Assembly (NCBI GenBank): GCA_963664305.2
Contig: CAXXLV010000001.1
Span: 864,001 to 928,000, forward strand
DNA: 64,000 nucleotides
Direction: 5' to 3'
Origin: an uncultured Aliarcobacter sp.
GTDB lineage: Bacteria; Campylobacterota; Campylobacteria; Campylobacterales; Arcobacteraceae
The first letter of the stretch is position 1, and each line of letters opens with the position of its first letter. Positions 10,034 to 19,517 of this stretch are shown one piece after another. A model generated the notes under the pieces. That model saw nothing but the letters and a program-made list of their open reading frames with translations. It searched no databases and was not told the origin of the DNA. The position numbers were made by a program, and so were the translations under genes.

Positions 10034-10770
10034 TAATTACTGATTTTGCAACAAAAGAGGATAGTGAATTTTTCTATATAAATGATGAATTTGATGTTTC
10101 TCAAAATATGTTTACATATCATTCCTTTAAAAAATATAGTGTATATCTATCAAAATATACAAATGATGAAATTTATTCATTAAATTTATTATCAAAAAGA
10201 TATTTAGGAAGAAATCAATTTTTAATCCATATTGCTGATGGAGAGTATGTAATTTTATTTAATCATAAAACAGTATATTCTGCAAAAATAAATCAAAACT
10301 TTATTACAGATGACATGATTAAATCAATTTTGATTACAAAACATATAGCAATGCTTTCAAGTGGTGGAGCAATTGAAAATATTTATTATGTAATTAACTC
10401 AAAATATAAGTGTGCAATTGAGAATATTTTAAAACAAAATACAAAAAATGAGAAACAAGAAGTAGTAGCTAAATCTTTAGGAGAAATTGAAGAATTAGTT
10501 AAACCTTTAAAAGAGTTAGATACAGCAAAATCTCATACAACAAAACTAACTTATATGTCATTACTATTAGGGGTAAGTTGTTGGGTAATGTTTTCAGGAT
10601 TAAAAACATTTACTGATAAAGTTTTTTATACTGAACCTTTAGAAAATTTACATAGAGAGTTAAAAATTGAGACTCAACTAGCAAAACGTCAAGAAAAATT
10701 ATTGGGTGAAAGTCAAAATAAATATAAAGAATTAGTTGATTGTATAACTCCAACTAAGGTAGTGAAATGA
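10021..10770 (+). CDS. Probable pilus alignment protein (cytoplasmic domain, TM helix, coiled coil; GspL/BfpC-like topology)
   Basis: Single TM near C-terminus then a coiled coil; overlaps the ATPase stop; assignment by topology and context only. Confidence 0.45.
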   Translation: MVRLVITDFATKEDSEFFYINDEFDVSQNMFTYHSFKKYSVYLSKYTNDEIYSLNLLSKRYLGRNQFLIHIADGEYVILFNHKTVYSAKINQNFITDDMIKSILITKHIAMLSSGGAIENIYYVINSKYKCAIENILKQNTKNEKQEVVAKSLGEIEELVKPLKELDTAKSHTTKLTYMSLLLGVSCWVMFSGLKTFTDKVFYTEPLENLHRELKIETQLAKRQEKLLGESQNKYKELVDCITPTKVVK

Positions 10771-11258
10771 TTAGTATAAGCAATAAAGTAATAAAAAATG
10801 GAAGTAAATTAATTATTTCAACTTTAGTAATTTATTCAATAGTTTATGTTGGATTTAGAGCTTTAAACTATTATAAAACATATTATGAAAAAGAAAAACT
10901 TACAAATGAACTTCAAATAAAAAGAGATGAAACAATATCATTAAAAACTAGAGCTAATGAAGCAAAGAAAAAAATTGAAGATTTAGAAAAAAGTTATATC
11001 TCAAAAGAAGAAATTGAAACAAAAGTAAAAGATATCTTTTCAAGAATGTCTTTACTTGATTATCAATTAGATTTTGTAGATTCAAAAAAAATGTGTATAG
11101 ATAGATATATAATCATAACTAGAGTACATACTCAAAGTGAAAATGGACTAAAAGCAGCAGAAGGTATTTTATCATATCTAGGAGAAATTAAAAAAAGTGA
11201 TATGGATGAATCTTTATATTTTGTAAATTATATTTCAAAACCTAGGGAAATAAAATGA
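10767..11258 (+). CDS. Probable pilus alignment protein (PilN/PilO/GspM-like topology)
   Basis: N-terminal TM, coiled coil, small alpha/beta C-domain; ATGA coupling. Confidence 0.45.
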   Translation: MISISNKVIKNGSKLIISTLVIYSIVYVGFRALNYYKTYYEKEKLTNELQIKRDETISLKTRANEAKKKIEDLEKSYISKEEIETKVKDIFSRMSLLDYQLDFVDSKKMCIDRYIIITRVHTQSENGLKAAEGILSYLGEIKKSDMDESLYFVNYISKPREIK

Positions 11259-13456
11259 AAGTTTGTATGAAAGCTTTTTTCCTTTTTTTCCTTTCTATAA
11301 ATTATTTATTCGCAGATAATTATATAGATTCTTTAACTCTTACAAAAATAAAAAAACTTGTACAAAAAGAAGAAGAGATAGCTTTTGCATATAAAAAATA
11401 TCTTTTAGAAAAGGGAACAACTCCTACAACTATTGATACTTTAAAAGAGCAAAATTATTTACCAAAGGGATTTGATTTTATAAATCCTTTTGGTAAAGTA
11501 ATTACTTTAAAAAATGATGAATATGTAATAAATGGTTTTTCAACTATGGATAATGTTTTAAAATCAAATTTATATGATTACTATTATTCAAGTAAGTACA
11601 GAACTTATACTAAAGCTCCGTTAAGTACAAATGAAACTGATGTAGGAATTATTTTATCAACAAAAGAAAAATTCATTTTTAATAATAAAAGTAAAATTAC
11701 AACTACAAAAGCAGATGCAAAAGCAAAATATTATTTAGATTCAAATGGGGTTTTACATTGGTATGATGTAAATGGGAATTATAAATACTCTTTTGATAAA
11801 GATTTACTTCTTGATGAAAATGTAACGTTATTAAATGAAGATGGGACAGTAAATAGTACATATAAAGAGTTAGTAAAAGATGTGTCTTTTGCAGGAATGA
11901 CTGTTTTACATAAAAATACTACTTCAAGTACAGCTGATGAATATATTATGATTGGTTCATCAAGTGCAGTAAAAGTAAAACAAACAACAAGAGATATAGG
12001 AAAAACAGTTATTCAATTTACTAGACGTGCTGGTGGAATGATTGTAAATGGAGATATTTATACTTGGGGAAATATAGCTAATAGAATTGTAGGTATAGAT
12101 ATAGATAATAATAAATATACAAAAGAAAATGGTAGTTTAGGTTCATATTATCCAGTTATTACAGGATTAGTTAGAGCAAGAGCTAAAACATATGATACAA
12201 ATATAGACAATCAAAACTACTTTTCTTCACCCTTAAGACCAAAATTTGTTGATTTTTTTAGTACAGTTTTTCATAGTACTTGTGGAATTTCAATAAAAGG
12301 AGAATTATATTGTGGAGGACTTGCAAGTGCATATCAAAAAGGTTTTTTATATTCTAATGTAGATCCATCGAGTCCAAGTGTTGAAATGTTGTATAAAAGT
12401 AAAGATTTTGATGGTACAGTTAATAAAAAAGCAACTAAAATATTTGCGAATGATGGATTTTGGTTAATTTTTGGAAATACTGATACAGATAATAATGGAA
12501 ATTATAAAAATGGTAAAATTTATAGATGGGGTGGCACAAACTATGGATTTGGAGGAACAGGAAATAGAACTTATTCAACTACAAGAATATCAGAATTAGA
12601 TATAACAGATAATAATGTAAAAGTATTATTTAAAGACTTAACATATCTTCTTACTCTTGGACATAGGAAAATAGCAGCATTATCTAATCAAGGAGATATT
12701 TATATTTGGGGAGTAGATACATATAATTCAAATTCTTTTGATTGTACAATTAAATGGGAAAATATTAATTATGATTTATGTGTACCAACTAAAATTATAA
12801 TTTCGAATTCAACAATGAATTCTTCAATAAAATTTGAATCAATTCAAGGTGGATTAGACTCTTTTATTGCAAAAAGTGAAGATGGAATATATTATAAAAT
12901 TTCTCACCCAATTAATAAAAAAATACAAGTGATACCTATAGATAGTACAATAAAAAATTATGAAGAATATAAATTAGAAGATGATGTAGAACTTTTATCA
13001 GTTGATTTTTCTAAAAAAGTTTCAGAAATAGGAACAACAACTGCAAGTAATGGAATAGTTTGGATAAATAGTAAAAATGAATTAAAAGGTGATTATTATA
13101 CAGATGAAAATAAAAATGATCCAGTATTTAAAGATTCTATAAAAAAAATAAAATGGAAAAAAATAAAAGTTATACAAGATGATAATGGTATGTGTGGAAT
13201 TGATATAAATGATCAAATGTATTGTTGGGGAATGATGTCTTTTTATGGTCAAGATATGAGAGATACATTTATGTTACCAGTATTTAATACAAATTTATAT
13301 GATTCTAATAAGGATTTTTTAGTTGTTGAGGGAGGTAATTCAAATCTTACAAACATGACATCTGATGATTGGACAACTAGTGATTCAAAAAAACCATTTT
13401 TTATGAAGTATCCTACATATATAGGTGGATTTAATTATGAGTTTATATTTAAATAA
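11255..13456 (+). CDS. Large exported adhesin-like protein: pilin-like module plus RCC1-like beta-propeller (paralog 4)
   Basis: Signal MKAFFLFFLSINYLFA; motif EEEIAFAYKKYLLEKGTTPT; repeats GDIYTWGN, GELYCGG, GKIYRWGG, GDIYIWGV, DQMYCWGM; C-terminal KYPTYIGGFNYEFIFK. Confidence 0.65.
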   Translation: MKVCMKAFFLFFLSINYLFADNYIDSLTLTKIKKLVQKEEEIAFAYKKYLLEKGTTPTTIDTLKEQNYLPKGFDFINPFGKVITLKNDEYVINGFSTMDNVLKSNLYDYYYSSKYRTYTKAPLSTNETDVGIILSTKEKFIFNNKSKITTTKADAKAKYYLDSNGVLHWYDVNGNYKYSFDKDLLLDENVTLLNEDGTVNSTYKELVKDVSFAGMTVLHKNTTSSTADEYIMIGSSSAVKVKQTTRDIGKTVIQFTRRAGGMIVNGDIYTWGNIANRIVGIDIDNNKYTKENGSLGSYYPVITGLVRARAKTYDTNIDNQNYFSSPLRPKFVDFFSTVFHSTCGISIKGELYCGGLASAYQKGFLYSNVDPSSPSVEMLYKSKDFDGTVNKKATKIFANDGFWLIFGNTDTDNNGNYKNGKIYRWGGTNYGFGGTGNRTYSTTRISELDITDNNVKVLFKDLTYLLTLGHRKIAALSNQGDIYIWGVDTYNSNSFDCTIKWENINYDLCVPTKIIISNSTMNSSIKFESIQGGLDSFIAKSEDGIYYKISHPINKKIQVIPIDSTIKNYEEYKLEDDVELLSVDFSKKVSEIGTTTASNGIVWINSKNELKGDYYTDENKNDPVFKDSIKKIKWKKIKVIQDDNGMCGIDINDQMYCWGMMSFYGQDMRDTFMLPVFNTNLYDSNKDFLVVEGGNSNLTNMTSDDWTTSDSKKPFFMKYPTYIGGFNYEFIFK

Positions 13457-13472
13457 AATTAAAAGGGAAAAA

Positions 13473-14444
13473 ATGAAGAGAATAAGTATGATTTTATTGG
13501 GGTTTCTTACTGCAATTAATCTTTATGCAGAAGATCAAAATATACAAAATATGGATAAATTAGATGCTTTAGATCAGCAATCTAAAGAGTTCTTTAAAGC
13601 AATTACTGGATTAGAGAAAGATTATTTAGAGGAACAAGTAAATGCAATAAAAAATAAAAAAGTAGAGCAAATTTCAAATCCAAATATGCCAAATCAACCA
13701 CAAATGATTATAAAAGAAGAACCAAAATTATCACAAGAAGATTATGAAAAAAATGTATTTACTCATCAAAATGAAATGGCAAGATTAACTACAGATTTTA
13801 CTAGAACAAAAAAATTAAAAGATTTAAAAATAAAAAGTATGTACTCTTTTAATGGGAAAGATTATGTAGTACTAGAATTAAATGATGAAACAGCAGTAAA
13901 TAAACAAAATGGTTTAACAAAAACTGAGTTAAGTGCAAATATAGAAGGAAGATATGTTGAGGGTGATAATATCTTAGGACATAAAATCATTGATATTAAT
14001 ACAAGAACAAAAAGTGTTGAACTATATAAAAAACTTGATGAAGAGTATGGTTATACAATCTATTTAAGCAATTATGGTATTTCTGTTAGTGATTTAAAAA
14101 AGATAGAACAAAAAGAAGAAGCTAAAAAAGAAGATAAAAATAGTGTAAAAAAAGCATTTGAACAAGTTAAAACTGAACAAAAAAATGTAAGTGAAAAAAA
14201 CTCTTCTTGTTATATAGTTAATAAACAAAATTTAAATGTAAGAAATAGTACAAATTCAGACGCTAGAATTTTAAGAATTTTAAAACTTGATGATAAATTC
14301 ACTATAAAAGAAAAAAACAATGATTGGCTTCAAATAGATACTATTTATAAAAAAGTTTCAGGTGATGTAATGAATGTATCAAATGAAAATAACTGGGTTC
14401 AATTAGTAGAAGGAAATGTAAGTCTAAGTGATAATTGTAAATAG
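13473..14444 (+). CDS. Periplasmic PilP-like protein with C-terminal SH3b-like domain
   Basis: ATG 13473 follows AAGGG RBS and begins signal MKRISMILLGFLTAINLYA; central beta-rich domain; C-terminal LNVRNSTNSDARILRILK...WLQI...WV SH3b pattern. Confidence 0.5.
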   Translation: MKRISMILLGFLTAINLYAEDQNIQNMDKLDALDQQSKEFFKAITGLEKDYLEEQVNAIKNKKVEQISNPNMPNQPQMIIKEEPKLSQEDYEKNVFTHQNEMARLTTDFTRTKKLKDLKIKSMYSFNGKDYVVLELNDETAVNKQNGLTKTELSANIEGRYVEGDNILGHKIIDINTRTKSVELYKKLDEEYGYTIYLSNYGISVSDLKKIEQKEEAKKEDKNSVKKAFEQVKTEQKNVSEKNSSCYIVNKQNLNVRNSTNSDARILRILKLDDKFTIKEKNNDWLQIDTIYKKVSGDVMNVSNENNWVQLVEGNVSLSDNCK

Positions 14445-14453
14445 GAAAGTAAA

Positions 14454-15524
14454 TTGGAAAATCTAAGAGATTATAAATCAGAAATTTTTGTAAATATTGA
14501 AAGAATTTCAAATGAAGTTCTCATATTAAAAAGTAAATATAATAAATTTTTTAATATAGAAGAGATATTTTCTAGTGAAAATGGTGGAAAAACAAGATTA
14601 AATAGACAAATATTTAATGAAAATCATGAGAATATCCAATCTTCAATTTTAGAGATAAGTTTATCTTTAGATGAAATTACAGGTCTAATAAAAGAGCAAA
14701 TGAGAATTGTTTTAAATAATAACAATCAATTTGAAAAAGCAGAATTAAATACATTGATTTTTGATGATAAAAATTTTTTAGAAATATTATCTTTAGATTT
14801 AGACACTCATGGCATAAAAGGTGAAGCTAAAAATAGATGTTTAAATGAGATAAAAGATTTAATCAATTTAAAAAATAAGGTGTTTAATCTACGATATTTT
14901 ATAGATATGTTTGATACTTCAATTTTTGATAAATATATAAATAGATTAGGAGTTGAAGATTTAATCAATAGTACAATTATTTTTGAAACTATAGACTCTT
15001 ACGCTTTACAGTTTGAAGAGTTGAAAAAATTTGCAGAACAATTAGCTACATTAAGTGTTGAAAATATAAAAGTTACAAATCTGAATAGTTTTAACACTTT
15101 ATTAGAATTACATAAAAGAAGAGTTGATAACTATATGTATGCAGGTATAAAATATAAAATATTTATTGAATACAATAGTGAAATAAATATAGTTAAGCCT
15201 GTTAATTTAAATATGGCATATTTAGAAAATATTTTATCTGCATTAATAGAACAATCATCAATGGATGTTGTAAAAAAAGAGTTAAAAAAAGGAAAAATAC
15301 AAAAGCAAATAGATGTAAATATTTCGCTAAATAAAAATATATTTCAAATGAGTGTAAAAAACAATGGTTTTGAAGTTAGAAATATTCACAATTTATTTTT
15401 ATCAGATATTGATAATAAAAATATTTTAGAAGCAAAAAATTTAGCTAGTTTTATAAATGCAAAACTTGATATTTCAAGTATTGACAATGAAGGTATGCAG
15501 TATACAGTAACTCTTAAAGTTTAA
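14454..15524 (+). CDS. Cytoplasmic protein with degenerate HATPase_c-like C-terminal domain
   Basis: TTG start after AGGA; C-terminus LENILSALIEQS...MSVKNNG...AKLDISS...GMQYTVTL resembles a histidine kinase ATPase fold lacking N and G2 boxes. Confidence 0.45.
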   Translation: MENLRDYKSEIFVNIERISNEVLILKSKYNKFFNIEEIFSSENGGKTRLNRQIFNENHENIQSSILEISLSLDEITGLIKEQMRIVLNNNNQFEKAELNTLIFDDKNFLEILSLDLDTHGIKGEAKNRCLNEIKDLINLKNKVFNLRYFIDMFDTSIFDKYINRLGVEDLINSTIIFETIDSYALQFEELKKFAEQLATLSVENIKVTNLNSFNTLLELHKRRVDNYMYAGIKYKIFIEYNSEINIVKPVNLNMAYLENILSALIEQSSMDVVKKELKKGKIQKQIDVNISLNKNIFQMSVKNNGFEVRNIHNLFLSDIDNKNILEAKNLASFINAKLDISSIDNEGMQYTVTLKV

Positions 15525-15549
15525 AACTAAAGGTAAAAAACCTTTAGTT
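15525..15549. terminator. Bidirectional terminator at the end of the pilus operon and purT
   Basis: AACTAAAGGT-AAAAA-ACCTTTAGTT 10-bp stem between convergent genes. Confidence 0.7.
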
Positions 15550-16713
15550 ATCTTTGAAATTTCCAATAATCTCTTTTGCTTTTTGTAAAGCTTTATCACT
15601 ACTATCTTTATCAAATGTAAGTGCCACAGCCATTCTTCTTCCCACATGACTTTGCGGTTTTCCAAATACTCTAATAATTGAATCTTTTGTAAATGAAGAA
15701 TCAAATATATCAATTTGTGGATTAAATGTATCTCCACTTGCTTTGTAAGCAGCACTTGCACCTGCTCCATAAGTTATAAAATCAACTGGTAAACCTAAAA
15801 CTGCTCTTACATGAAGTGCAAATTCACTAGCACTTTGAGTAATCATAGTAACCATTCCAGTATCATGTGGTCTTGGACTTACTTCTGAAAAATAAACATC
15901 GTCACCTTTTACAAAAAGTTCAACACCAAAAATACCTCTTCCACCAAGACCATCAGTAATTGTTTTTGCAATTTCTTGTGATTTTTTAACTGCAATTTCA
16001 CTCATATTCATTGGTTGCCAAGAGAAGATATAATCTCCATCTTTTTGAATATGTCCAATTGGTTCACAAAATACTGTATCTTTTCCATTTCTAACAGTTA
16101 ACATAGTAATTTCATAATCAAAAGTGATAAATTCTTCAACGATTAATTCGCTTGCATCACCTCTTGCTTCTTTTGCCATTTCCCAAGATTTTTCTAAATC
16201 AGCTTCACTTCTTGCAACACTTTGACCATGACCAGAAGAACTCATTACAGGTTTGATAACACAAGGGAATCCAATAACACCAGCAGCTTCTTTTAAAGCT
16301 TCAAATGTAGTAACAAATTTATATTTACTTGTTGGTAATTTTAATTGTTCAGCAGCAAATTCTCTAATGTTTTTTCTGTTCATTGTTTTGTTAACAGCAT
16401 CAGCATTTGGAATTACATGAAATCCTTCTTTTTCAGCTTCAAATAAAGCTTGAATATTGATAGCTTCAACTTCAGGTAGAATATATGTAGGTTTTTCTCT
16501 TCTTATAATATCAAGAAGTTCATTTTTATTTTTCATATTAATTGTATATGATTTATTTGCTACAAGTTGTGCAGGAGCATTATTGTAGCTATCAACAGCA
16601 ATTGTTTCTATACCTAATCTTTGAGCTTCAATTACAACTTCTTTTCCTAATTCTCCACTTCCAAGAAGCATAATCTTAATAGAGTCAGATTTTAAAGGTG
16701 CTGGAAATTTCAT
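15544..16713 (-). CDS. purT: Formate-dependent phosphoribosylglycinamide formyltransferase
   Basis: [36 protein letters not shown] motifs. Confidence 0.96.
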   Translation of the reverse strand: MKFPAPLKSDSIKIMLLGSGELGKEVVIEAQRLGIETIAVDSYNNAPAQLVANKSYTINMKNKNELLDIIRREKPTYILPEVEAINIQALFEAEKEGFHVIPNADAVNKTMNRKNIREFAAEQLKLPTSKYKFVTTFEALKEAAGVIGFPCVIKPVMSSSGHGQSVARSEADLEKSWEMAKEARGDASELIVEEFITFDYEITMLTVRNGKDTVFCEPIGHIQKDGDYIFSWQPMNMSEIAVKKSQEIAKTITDGLGGRGIFGVELFVKGDDVYFSEVSPRPHDTGMVTMITQSASEFALHVRAVLGLPVDFITYGAGASAAYKASGDTFNPQIDIFDSSFTKDSIIRVFGKPQSHVGRRMAVALTFDKDSSDKALQKAKEIIGNFKDN

Positions 16714-16721
16714 TTTTATCC

Positions 16722-17480
16722 TTATGATTGATAGAATCTTCTATCAAAGTTTTGTAAATTGTTAACGACAATTATATCTTTTAATATTTTTAAATAATCT
16801 TGTGCAATACCTGAATAATTTAACATTGTTTGTGAAAGTGCTAAGCCTTCAGGATGTTTTTGTCTATTTCTTTGTTCATATCTTTGTTCTTGAAAACTTT
16901 TATAAGCCAAATTTCTATTTAGATTTAACATATAAACACTAACTGATTCTTTTAGATTTTTAAATACTCTAACGAAATGAGATGAACCTTCTTTTCTCTC
17001 TTTTGGAATTAATCCCATTTTAGAGTTGTATGTCCAGTGACCAAAAATGTTATTAGCTTCTTTAAAAAATCTACTTTTACCCCAACCACTCTCAATTGCA
17101 GCTTGTGCAAGAGCTAAAGATGGAGGGATAATGTCAACTTTTTTTAGATAGTCTTCCAAAGAATAGATATTCTCAACTTTATACTTCTCTTTTATTTTAA
17201 GAAGTCTGATAAATGTGTCAGAATCATAATCTATATCCAAAATATTTGATGTTAAAACATTTCTGATAAATTCTCTTTCACCTTTTATCACTTCATTTTC
17301 TTCCATAATTAATGTATATAAATGTTCAAAAAAATACTCTTTTGCTTTTGTTATATCATTAATTTCATAATACTCTTTAGGTAAACCTTTTGCTAAACAG
17401 TGAGTTTGTACAGTTCCAACTAAACAAACAGCTAGCAGAAGTTTCTTTGAGTTATTGATTAAAAATTTTAATAAATACAT
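16722..17480 (-). CDS. Bax-like glucosaminidase domain protein
   Basis: [21 protein letters not shown]...NNIFG motif; N-terminal hydrophobic segment. Confidence 0.85.
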   Translation of the reverse strand: MYLLKFLINNSKKLLLAVCLVGTVQTHCLAKGLPKEYYEINDITKAKEYFFEHLYTLIMEENEVIKGEREFIRNVLTSNILDIDYDSDTFIRLLKIKEKYKVENIYSLEDYLKKVDIIPPSLALAQAAIESGWGKSRFFKEANNIFGHWTYNSKMGLIPKERKEGSSHFVRVFKNLKESVSVYMLNLNRNLAYKSFQEQRYEQRNRQKHPEGLALSQTMLNYSGIAQDYLKILKDIIVVNNLQNFDRRFYQS

Positions 17481-17491
17481 AGGCCTCTTTA

Positions 17492-18232
17492 TTAAATATT
17501 AGTTATAAAAACTTTTTTGACGGCACCTTTAAAATAAATGATACCATCCTTAATTGAAAGAGTTAATTGTTCTCCACTTTTTGGATAAACAAAAGCTTTT
17601 TCTTTTACTAAATTCAAATTAAAAGCTCTTAAAAAACATGCAGCCATTCCTGTACCACATGCCAAAGTTTCTCCTTCAACACCACGTTCGTATGTTCTAA
17701 CTTTTATAAATCCGTCTTCTATTTTTGCGAAATTTACATTTGCATTATGTTTATATCTCATTTTTGCGGATAAATTGTGATCATATAAATTTAGATCATC
17801 AACTATAGTTACTAAATGAGGAACACCAGTATCAACAAGATACCAAGTTAATCCCTCTTCTTGAAACTCTTCTTTTACAACTATTGGTGCAGTAAGTTGC
17901 GTTTCAACTATATCATTTTCGATAGTTGATTTTATTAATCCGGCACCAGTTAAGAATTTTGTTTCATTTGAAGTAATTAATCCATTTGTAAACGCGTAAT
18001 GTGCACAGGCTCTAGTTGCATTCCCACACATAGCAGCATCACTTCCATCACTATTATAAAATAGCCATTTGAAGTCTGCTTCATTTGTTGGAACCAAAAC
18101 TACAAAACCATCAGCACCGATTCCTTCAGTTCGATTACATAATTTTATTGCATCTTCTGAATAATCTTTTTCAACAAAAGAGTGACATATGATAAAATCA
18201 TTTCCACTCGCACTATATTTTGTGTATGTCAT
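17492..18232 (-). CDS. dapF: Diaminopimelate epimerase
   Basis: GNDF, NSDGSDAAMCGNATR, ERGVEGETLACGTG. Confidence 0.96.
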   Translation of the reverse strand: MTYTKYSASGNDFIICHSFVEKDYSEDAIKLCNRTEGIGADGFVVLVPTNEADFKWLFYNSDGSDAAMCGNATRACAHYAFTNGLITSNETKFLTGAGLIKSTIENDIVETQLTAPIVVKEEFQEEGLTWYLVDTGVPHLVTIVDDLNLYDHNLSAKMRYKHNANVNFAKIEDGFIKVRTYERGVEGETLACGTGMAACFLRAFNLNLVKEKAFVYPKSGEQLTLSIKDGIIYFKGAVKKVFITNI

Positions 18233-18819
18233 ATAATTTCTCCGATGATTCTTTCTACTTCATCTTGTAAATGTTTTAAATCTTTTGAATTATCAATTAC
18301 CATATCAGCAAGATTTTTTTTCTCTTCAATATCCATTTGATTAGAAATTTTTAATTTTGCTTCATTCTCATCAATATTATCTCTTTTCATAAGTCTTTGA
18401 ATTTGTAACTCTTTTGGAGTATAAATAACTAAAGATTTAGGAATTGGATAATGCATTTTTTCAAAGAATAGTGGAATATCTACAAAATACGGTTTATTTT
18501 GTTCTTCAAAGACTTTTGATTCTTTAATTATCTCTTCTTTAATTAAAGGGTGAAGTAGAGCTTCAAGTTTTAACTTGTTTTCTTCATTTGAAAAAATGAT
18601 TTTTCCAAGTTCTTTTCTTAAAACTTTTCCATTTTCCACATACTGTTTTCCAAACATTTCAATAATCTTATCAGAGTTCTCATCCAATAGCTTATGAGCT
18701 ATTTTATCAGCATCAATAGTTAGAAAACCATGAAGCTTAAATAGGTTGCAAACAGTACTTTTTCCAGTTGAAATTCCGCCTGTTAAAGCGATAGCGTTTT
18801 TAAATAAATCATTACTCAT
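18229..18819 (-). CDS. coaE: Dephospho-CoA kinase
   Basis: LTGGISTGKSTV, IDADKIAH, LHPLI, DIPLFFE. Confidence 0.95.
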   Translation of the reverse strand: MSNDLFKNAIALTGGISTGKSTVCNLFKLHGFLTIDADKIAHKLLDENSDKIIEMFGKQYVENGKVLRKELGKIIFSNEENKLKLEALLHPLIKEEIIKESKVFEEQNKPYFVDIPLFFEKMHYPIPKSLVIYTPKELQIQRLMKRDNIDENEAKLKISNQMDIEEKKNLADMVIDNSKDLKHLQDEVERIIGEII

Positions 18820-18869
18820 AGTAATATTTTACTATAAAAATGATTTATTTTTATTAAATAGGAGAATTT

Positions 18870-19418
18870 TTATCTTTTAGCGATACCAGTAAGTGCTCTA
18901 AATTCGGCAGCTGGGAATACAAATGAAGCATTGTGTATTTCTGCAGAATAGTAATCTAAATCATCAAGTAAATCAGCTCTTTGTAGATTTAAATCAGCAG
19001 TTGGATGATATCTTTTTGATGCAATAATTGAAGTATTATGTCCAAATCTAAATGGCATAGCAATCCAGAATTTTGACCCAACTAATTTTAAATCTGCTAA
19101 TAATTGTTCTTCATCTTTTGAAAATGCTTTTGTTGCAAAACAAATTAATCCATCATCATTTAAAATTCTTTCAATATTTGCAAGTAATAATTCATCGATT
19201 TTAACATCAGTTAAAATTATTACATCAACGTTTTTTTCGTTTTTAGAAGTTAAAAAAGATGTGTCTCCAAATTCAATTTTTGAAGTTTTATTATGTTTAG
19301 AAGCTTCTGATTTTAAATCTTCATCAACAGTTCCAATTATTAGAACATTTGCGGCTTCTTTATGAGTACATAATGGCACATGTACCATCATTTCATTAAA
19401 TGCGTAATTATCTTTCAT
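18870..19418 (-). CDS. Short spermidine synthase-like protein
   Basis: EMMVHVPLCTH...VLIIG and YYSAEIHNASFVFP resemble SpeE termini; GGGDG motif absent. Confidence 0.7.
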   Translation of the reverse strand: MKDNYAFNEMMVHVPLCTHKEAANVLIIGTVDEDLKSEASKHNKTSKIEFGDTSFLTSKNEKNVDVIILTDVKIDELLLANIERILNDDGLICFATKAFSKDEEQLLADLKLVGSKFWIAMPFRFGHNTSIIASKRYHPTADLNLQRADLLDDLDYYSAEIHNASFVFPAAEFRALTGIAKR

Positions 19419-19517
19419 TATATATAGTCCTTAATATTTATAAACATTTTGCTATAATACCAAAAAATTTTTAAAGTATTCGTAGATTAGAAAATTGAAT
19501 ATAAAAAAAGGTGAATA

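Noticed and set aside
2720..13456. Shufflon-like or DGR-like variation of the adhesin C-termini
   Set aside because: No invertase, reverse transcriptase, sfx-like repeats or long near-identical nucleotide repeats; similarity between paralogs is mainly at protein level
1..15549. Pilus operon as a mobile island or conjugative element
   Set aside because: No integrase, relaxase, T4SS gene, tRNA or att-like repeat at the visible purT boundary; composition resembles the rest of the window. The left boundary is not visible.
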